From Vitrella brassicaformis CCMP3155 (lineage: Eukaryota > Protista > Chromerida), in assembly GCA_001179505.1 (NCBI GenBank), contig CDMY01000355.1:1-64000 (forward strand): a DNA stretch of 64,000 nt, in the 5' to 3' direction. The notes under the pieces are model-generated. The model was not told where the DNA came from, ran no database searches, and saw only the letters and a list, made by a program, of their open reading frames with translations. Positions 58,633 through 64,000 of this stretch are shown here, piece by piece; positions within the stretch are counted from its first letter, which is position 1, and the number at the start of each line of letters is the position of its first letter. The translations under genes were made by a program, and so were the position numbers.

Positions 58633-60581
58633 TCACCTTGCTGGTGCGACGCAGTCCCGACTGTTGCCGACCTGCAGATGAAGGGAACAAAGGGACGAGG
58701 GAGGGACACAGACAAGCAATGTCGAGACACGGTGATTGCTGCATGTCTCCTGCTCACCTTCACTGCTGGCAGTGCTGAGGCTGCTGCGGGTGCTGCTGAA
58801 GGTAAGGCCTGACACACACATTCAGAAGACACACACGGAAAGGACATGCGCACGTGAGCCACTCATTCAGCAGCCAACCAGTCAACGTCTCTCTCTCTTG
58901 GCATTCAAAGCTCATTCACTCTGCATGGTTGGGCTTCGGTTCAGGCCTTCCGACACGACGGGCTCGTTGTCGTGCTCCATACCCATCATAGAAAAGCTTG
59001 ACGGTCCGTCCCGGTCGGCGACTGCCCCGAAGCCTGCACCAAAGGGATACACGTGCATGTCGACTGCTCACAGCTTACTCATTTCGCACTCACCAGACGC
59101 CACAATGGGCTCTTGCTGCTGCACCAGAAGCGGACTGTCATCTGCACAGATCCATCCGCAGGAGAAGCGTATCTAATGTGAGGACAGTGCCCGTGTCTCA
59201 TAGCCTACCGCTGCCGCCATGAACCTCGCTCTGAATCTCGCTCGAACCACCGCCAGCAGCTTCACCAGCAGCAGCTTCAGCAGCAGCTTCAGCAGCAGCA
59301 GCTTTCTCAGCAGCAGCAACGCCAGCATTCACTGCCGACAGCACCTGTGAGACACACGGTATCCATCTCATTAGCCATGACGGATGTGATGACTGTGGAA
59401 GGGCACCTTTGCCAGCAGGGACCCCATTGCTGTTTTATCTTTAGCAGCAGCTTTGAAAAAGCGCGGCAGCATGTTCCTGGGCACGCCATTCCCCTTCCAC
59501 CCATCGGGGTTCACCCAACCAGAACTCTGACCACTTGATGACGAGGGCGGCGTCCAGAAACACGACACTGCACAGAAATGAGAGCATCCTTGCGGCAAGT
59601 GACGATGGACCTTTTGGTGTCTCGTCTTACAGGCCACTCCAGCCAGTTTGTCGATGGCGTTGTGGACCGCCCTCGACCTGGACTTGTACCGGCGAGCTGA
59701 TGGGTGTTGAGACAAACACAGCAATCAATCCATCAGACATGCCAGCTGTCTGCCTTTGTCTGTGTGTGTCTCTCGCTCACCCTTCCGTCTCAGGTACACT
59801 ATGAAACGCTGTAGACAAAGAGACAGACAGACAGACAGACAGACGAGTGTGTGTTTGGGTGTTTGCCTGTGTGTGTCTCACCACTTGCTCCTTGAGGTAC
59901 TCCTTGTCCTTTTGAAGTTTGGCCACCTCGGCCTTCTCGGCTTGCTGCACGTGACGCGATGCACAAACAGACCGTATGTAACACTTTCGCCGCCCACAAA
60001 GCCCCCGAGCTGTGCGTATGTACCAATTCTTGTTCTGTGCCGCTATCCGCCGTTCCCTGGAGGGTCTCGTGCCCCGTGGAGTTGGCTGCATTTCGCAGAT
60101 GGACAGGCACGCACACAAGACAGACAGACAGAGAAATGCAGCGCACCCATCAGCCACTCATTAATTGTGGCGTACGGTCGGTCGTCCCAACATCCTCTCG
60201 GCTCTCAACCGGGTCGGCCTCGGGCAGCTCGTCAGCTGAAGCAAGGACCAGACAGAAAGACACCGTGGGAGACCCTTCTTGCCTCTTCCGTTCACTCACG
60301 TGCGTCCTTACCCCGGCCCTCTCGCGTCTTCGGCTGTCCATCTGAAAGGCAGGCACAGCGGCACCCACAGCCAATCAAGCGACCACCGGTGAGTGCTGTG
60401 CCCCCTCCCCACCTCTGGTGCCATTTCGCTCACCAGTGGTGCTTCTCGGACGCGGACTCACCACATCAGTTTCTGGAATCCAGGCTTCCACAAAAAGCTG
60501 GATTCCAGCCCAGCACGCGAACGCGACGGAGGGGAAGCAGAGAATCACTTGGGCGGCGACAATTGCCTCAGCAACCGGCAT
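58633..60581 (-). CDS. Hypothetical protein with N-terminal hydrophobic (signal/anchor) segment, ~11 small exons
   Basis: A phase-consistent exon chain can be built: MPVAEAIVAAQVILCFPSVAFACWAGIQLFVEAW...QAEKAEVAKLQKDKEYLKEQ..RFIVYLRRK.RRYKSRSRAVHNAIDKLAG..GWVNPDGWKGNGVPRNMLPRFF...; no known domain recognised. Confidence 0.6.
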
Positions 60582-60765
60582 TTTGGATTTGGGCTGGTCT
60601 TGAAGTCGAGACTGGGGGCCGTCTGGGGGCGATCAGAGCGATCTTCCCAACGGAGGCCGAGATCTGACCGTGGTGGTTGTGTGGTGTGGCTTGTCGATGG
60701 CGGGTGTGGCGGGCGATTTCGACAGTGAATTGGTCGGATTTCTTTATCAAGACCTGATGTACATT

Positions 60766-60793
60766 ACTCGATTGGTTCTCTCGATTGGTTCTC
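60766..60793 (-). promoter_or_regulatory. Tandem CCAAT boxes (AGAACCAATCGAG x2)
   Basis: Perfect 13-bp tandem CTCGATTGGTTCT ~190 bp upstream of the 60581 ATG; it matches the general NF-Y consensus RRCCAATSR. Confidence 0.45.
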
Positions 60794-61091
60794 TGTGAGC
60801 ACCATGGTTGAAAGTGCAATAGCCGTGTCACCATCTCACACAGAGAGAGTCTCATCGACACACACATGCTCCAGGGATCATTGTGCTGAGAGCTCAGCGA
60901 AACTCTCAGCGTCCACCGACATACATAGATAAATCAGTGTGACACACTGAACTACTCCTTCTCAGACCCTCGCTGCTGTACAATGGAGCACAAACACACA
61001 TCTCTCTCTCTCTCTCTCTCTCTCCCTCACCCGCTCCCTTCATTGCCAGACCACCCTTGATTCCCTCACTCGCCATTCATTCATTCCTTCA

Positions 61092-61368
61092 TCAGACTTG
61101 GACAGTCTCCATTGCGTCCTGTATCTTCTTGAACACAGTGCTGGGCTCCTCCGCCCCGTCGATGCGCACGAGTATGTCTTGGTAGCAGCCGAGTATCTCG
61201 TCACAGTTGTCCTTGAACTTCTGCAGCCGCACGCGGATTGTGTCCTCGGTGTCGTCGGACCGCTGGATGAGCTTCGACCCATCCACCTCGGGGCCGGGAG
61301 GGTTGGTCTTCAGGTTGTAGATCTTCCCCGTGGCTGGATCTGTCCGACGATACACCACCCTGAGCCAG

Positions 61369-61409
<41 letters not shown>

Positions 61410-62031
61410 GACAGACAGACATGCAACAGGTAAATGATGGTTCCCTCCCTGCCTTTGTAGGTTTCTCTCACCTGTCGATGATGAGCTGGTCGGGCGCCTC
61501 GAGCAGCAGAAACTTGTCTGCCTGAATGCCAGCCTCCTTGAGTGCCTCAGCCTGGCTCTTGGTCCTCGGGAAGCCGTCCAGCAGCCACCCCTCCTCCACA
61601 CAGTCACCCTGCTGCAGCCGCGTGACGACGATAGCAATGATGAGGTCGTCAGGCACCAGGTCGCCAGCCTCCATGTACTCCTTGGCCTTGTTGCCCAGCT
61701 CCGTGCCCTCGTTGACAGCAGCCCGCAGGATGTCCCCGGTGCTCAGGTGGATGACACCGTACTGCTGCTTGATGAAGTCGCACTGGGTGCCCTTGCCCAC
61801 CCCTGGGGCGCCTGCAATGATGATCTGTGGGCCGCGCATCGAAGGCTGACCTCGCAGCGACGGTGATGGTCGTCGCCTCGATGCTGGCAGGCGCGGGCGG
61901 GAGGGCGGGGAGCGAAATAGAGGGCCGGAAGATGACGATGATGTCGATGCACTGCTGTCCGATGAACGGAACGAGGCCGCATCCGCAGATGCCATGGAGA
62001 TCACCACCAACGCCGCGGCGACGAGCACCAT
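61092..62031 (-). CDS. adk: Adenylate kinase with bipartite (signal + transit) leader, probably plastid-targeted; 2 exons
   Basis: P-loop [47 protein letters not shown] and QRSDDTE. Leader [21 protein letters not shown] followed by a Ser/Arg/Pro-rich stretch. Confidence 0.93.
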
Positions 62032-62296
62032 CTTGAGAGCGCTTTTTCCCCGCTTCGGACCGTCTGCGAGCTTACTGAGACGAGCAGTTTCACGAATATC
62101 CTAGGCAAATGTGAGCTTGAGGGTGACCGGTGTCTTCGGGGAGAGGAAAGAAGACGAACGAGTAGTCTCCCATTCGGCAACGAGATCAGGTCGCTGACTT
62201 CTTGGTGACATCAACTGGTCCACACACTTCAGCCCTCTTGGTCAAGGCTCCTCGACAGTCAGAAGGACAGTCAACCAACGGCCCACAGCCGTCGAT

Positions 62297-63226
62297 ATGG
62301 CTGAGTTCAGCGATGTAGGAGCCCACTGCAGTGACCCTGTGAGCACAAACAACACTGGAAAGCCATCCATTGCTCACTCGTGGTGTTGCTGCTTGCTGTT
62401 GTGGTTGGCCATGTGGTGTGTGTGTGCAGTACTGCCGGCAGAAGGACTTCTTGCCCTTCGTCTGCAACCTATGCAATAAGACGGTAAATGATTGTGGCAC
62501 TCAAGGGAGGCAGGGAGGGAGGGGAGGGAACCAACCTACCACTTCTGTGGCCGGATGGGTGCTTGCTGTGGTGTTGTCCTTGACAGTACTGCCTTGAGCA
62601 CTTCAAGCCGGAGTCGCACCAATGTCCCAGGGCGGCGGCGGTTGACAGGCGCGTGATGATCTGTCCTCTCTGCCTCGACTCCTTCCCCATGGTGGCGGGC
62701 GAGTCGTGTGACGTCACCTTTGAGCGCCACACGCGCACCTCCTGCCGACCAGACCTCTATGAGACCCGCAGGGCGCAGCAGAAGGCCACCTGTCCCGTCA
62801 AGGGATGTAAGGCGAAGCTCACGGCTGTCAACTCATTCGTGTGCCCCCGGTGTAAGCAGAAGGTCTGCATGAAGCACAGATGGCAGGAGGACCACGACTG
62901 CCGGCCACCTCAGTCGAGTCTGATCAGTTCCCTAACCAGCAGCTTCTCTTCATCGCGGCCTCCGTTGAAGGGCAAGGCCGCCGCTCGGATGCAGGCCAAC
63001 AAGCCGCCCAACGTCATGGACATGCTGCGAGGTGGGCGCGTCAGAAACAAACGGCACAGCACAACACAACACACACGAATTGGCTCACGTGCTTTCAGAG
63101 ACGGCGCACAGGAGGATGCGCACAGGTGGATCCAGTGGTGCGCCGAGTGCACAGGGGTCCTCGTCCAACACACAGCAAGGGTCGCGCAATCAACGGCAAC
63201 GCAACGATGATTGCGTCATCTCATGA
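62297..63226 (+). CDS. AN1-type zinc-finger protein (ZFAND2/AIRAP/Cuz1 family) with C-terminal CaaX
   Basis: GAHCSDP|YCRQKDFLPFVCNLCNKT|YCLEHF..SHQC, ICPLC, and CPVKGCK..L...FVCPRCKQKVCMKHR..DHDC. C-terminus CVIS*. Confidence 0.88.
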
Positions 63227-63786
63227 AGGATGACGAGCGAGCAGAGAGAACGGGCCGGTGTTTGGCTTGGACGGGAGGGGATGCGTATGTCGTGGATGTG
63301 TGTAGATGTGAGTGTATCTTGCTGACATACGAATCCTTTGGGGGTTGTCGTTTTCCGGTATATTGCTGCGATTGCTTCTTGGCTATGGGCTTCGGTTGCT
63401 GCAGCTCAGCGCCGATTTTTGCTGAATTCACTCACTCACGGGCGCAATGGTTGCTGATGTACATGTAGCCCGTTGGTGGGTTTCGTACTGAATGTTTGTG
63501 TGTGGGGGTGAGGTGACATTGCTTGCGGCACGGCTACGCGTGTCATGACGTGATGGCTGACTCCAGCACAATGAAGGCAGTGTTATGTGTGCCACCGGTG
63601 TGTGGGTGCGAAGGTTGGCTGTACACGCATCGCATAGCATCCAAGGTCTCAACCAAGTAGCAGCTCAAAACAGCCCCATCATCGGAAAGAAACGATGCGC
63701 GCAACACTATTCTTCAACCACAGCGGCCCTCCCTGCAAAGCACTCTGACTGAGGCCATCCTGCCCACTTTGAGAGATGACGACAGC

Positions 63787-63885
63787 TCATCTCGTCTCCT
63801 CCGCCGCTTTGCCTAGCGCTCGCGTCAGCAGTTCGATGAACAGGGGGTCGCGCGGCACAAAGGCAGGATGCCGAGACACCAACGC
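63787..63885 (-). CDS. Probable last exon of a gene extending beyond the window
   Basis: Acceptor GTGCAG followed by ALVSRHPAFVPRDPLFIELLTRALGKAAEETR*. Confidence 0.35.
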   Translation of the reverse strand, partial: ALVSRHPAFVPRDPLFIELLTRALGKAAEETR

Positions 63886-64000
63886 CTGCACAACACAACA
63901 CAACACAAGGCAACGATAAATGCACGTTGGTGTCGTGTGTCGTCAATCGTGCGTCCCCCATCGTCCTTGTCTGTCTGTCTGACAGATCTCCCATGGGGGA

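Noticed and set aside
1-64000. tRNA, rRNA, snRNA genes
   Set aside because: No T-loop (GGTTCGA), U6/U2 or rRNA signature seen by eye; a covariance-model scan (tRNAscan-SE/Infernal) would be needed to exclude them.

Overview
This is eukaryotic, intron-rich, GC-rich DNA whose introns and intergenic regions are packed with (CA)n, (GT)n, (GACA)n and (GGAT)n microsatellites. The style, a plastid-targeted adenylate kinase and the flagellar gene IFT74 suggest a chromerid such as Vitrella brassicaformis (inference, not database-checked). The window opens inside a Helitron Rep-helicase gene that has three spliceosomal introns and one frameshift, and is followed by a ~590-bp nested palindrome built around a recurring 22-bp hairpin node. 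Host genes follow: TAF5, a tandem CCCH zinc-finger protein, and, after an ~8-kb gene-free stretch, two secreted proteins. One of these is a modular polyprotein with repeated RxL motifs and Gly/Tyr/His-rich peptides, encoded by all-phase-1 cassette exons. Then come TBL2, NF-YA, IFT74, eIF3j, a BTB protein, an ACT-domain protein, a C2/LRR protein, an ankyrin-RING E3 ligase, a hypothetical membrane-anchored protein, plastid adenylate kinase and an AN1 zinc-finger protein. The most interesting signals are (1) the RxL-processed, wall-like polyprotein locus, (2) the Helitron terminal palindrome, (3) introns with complementary AC-rich 5' and GT-rich 3' arms, (4) a GCGAGCT(T) motif in all five head-to-head promoters, and (5) a ~120-nt hairpin downstream of eIF3j. 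All exon boundaries were derived by eye, and most short ORFs in the supplied track are microsatellite artefacts.
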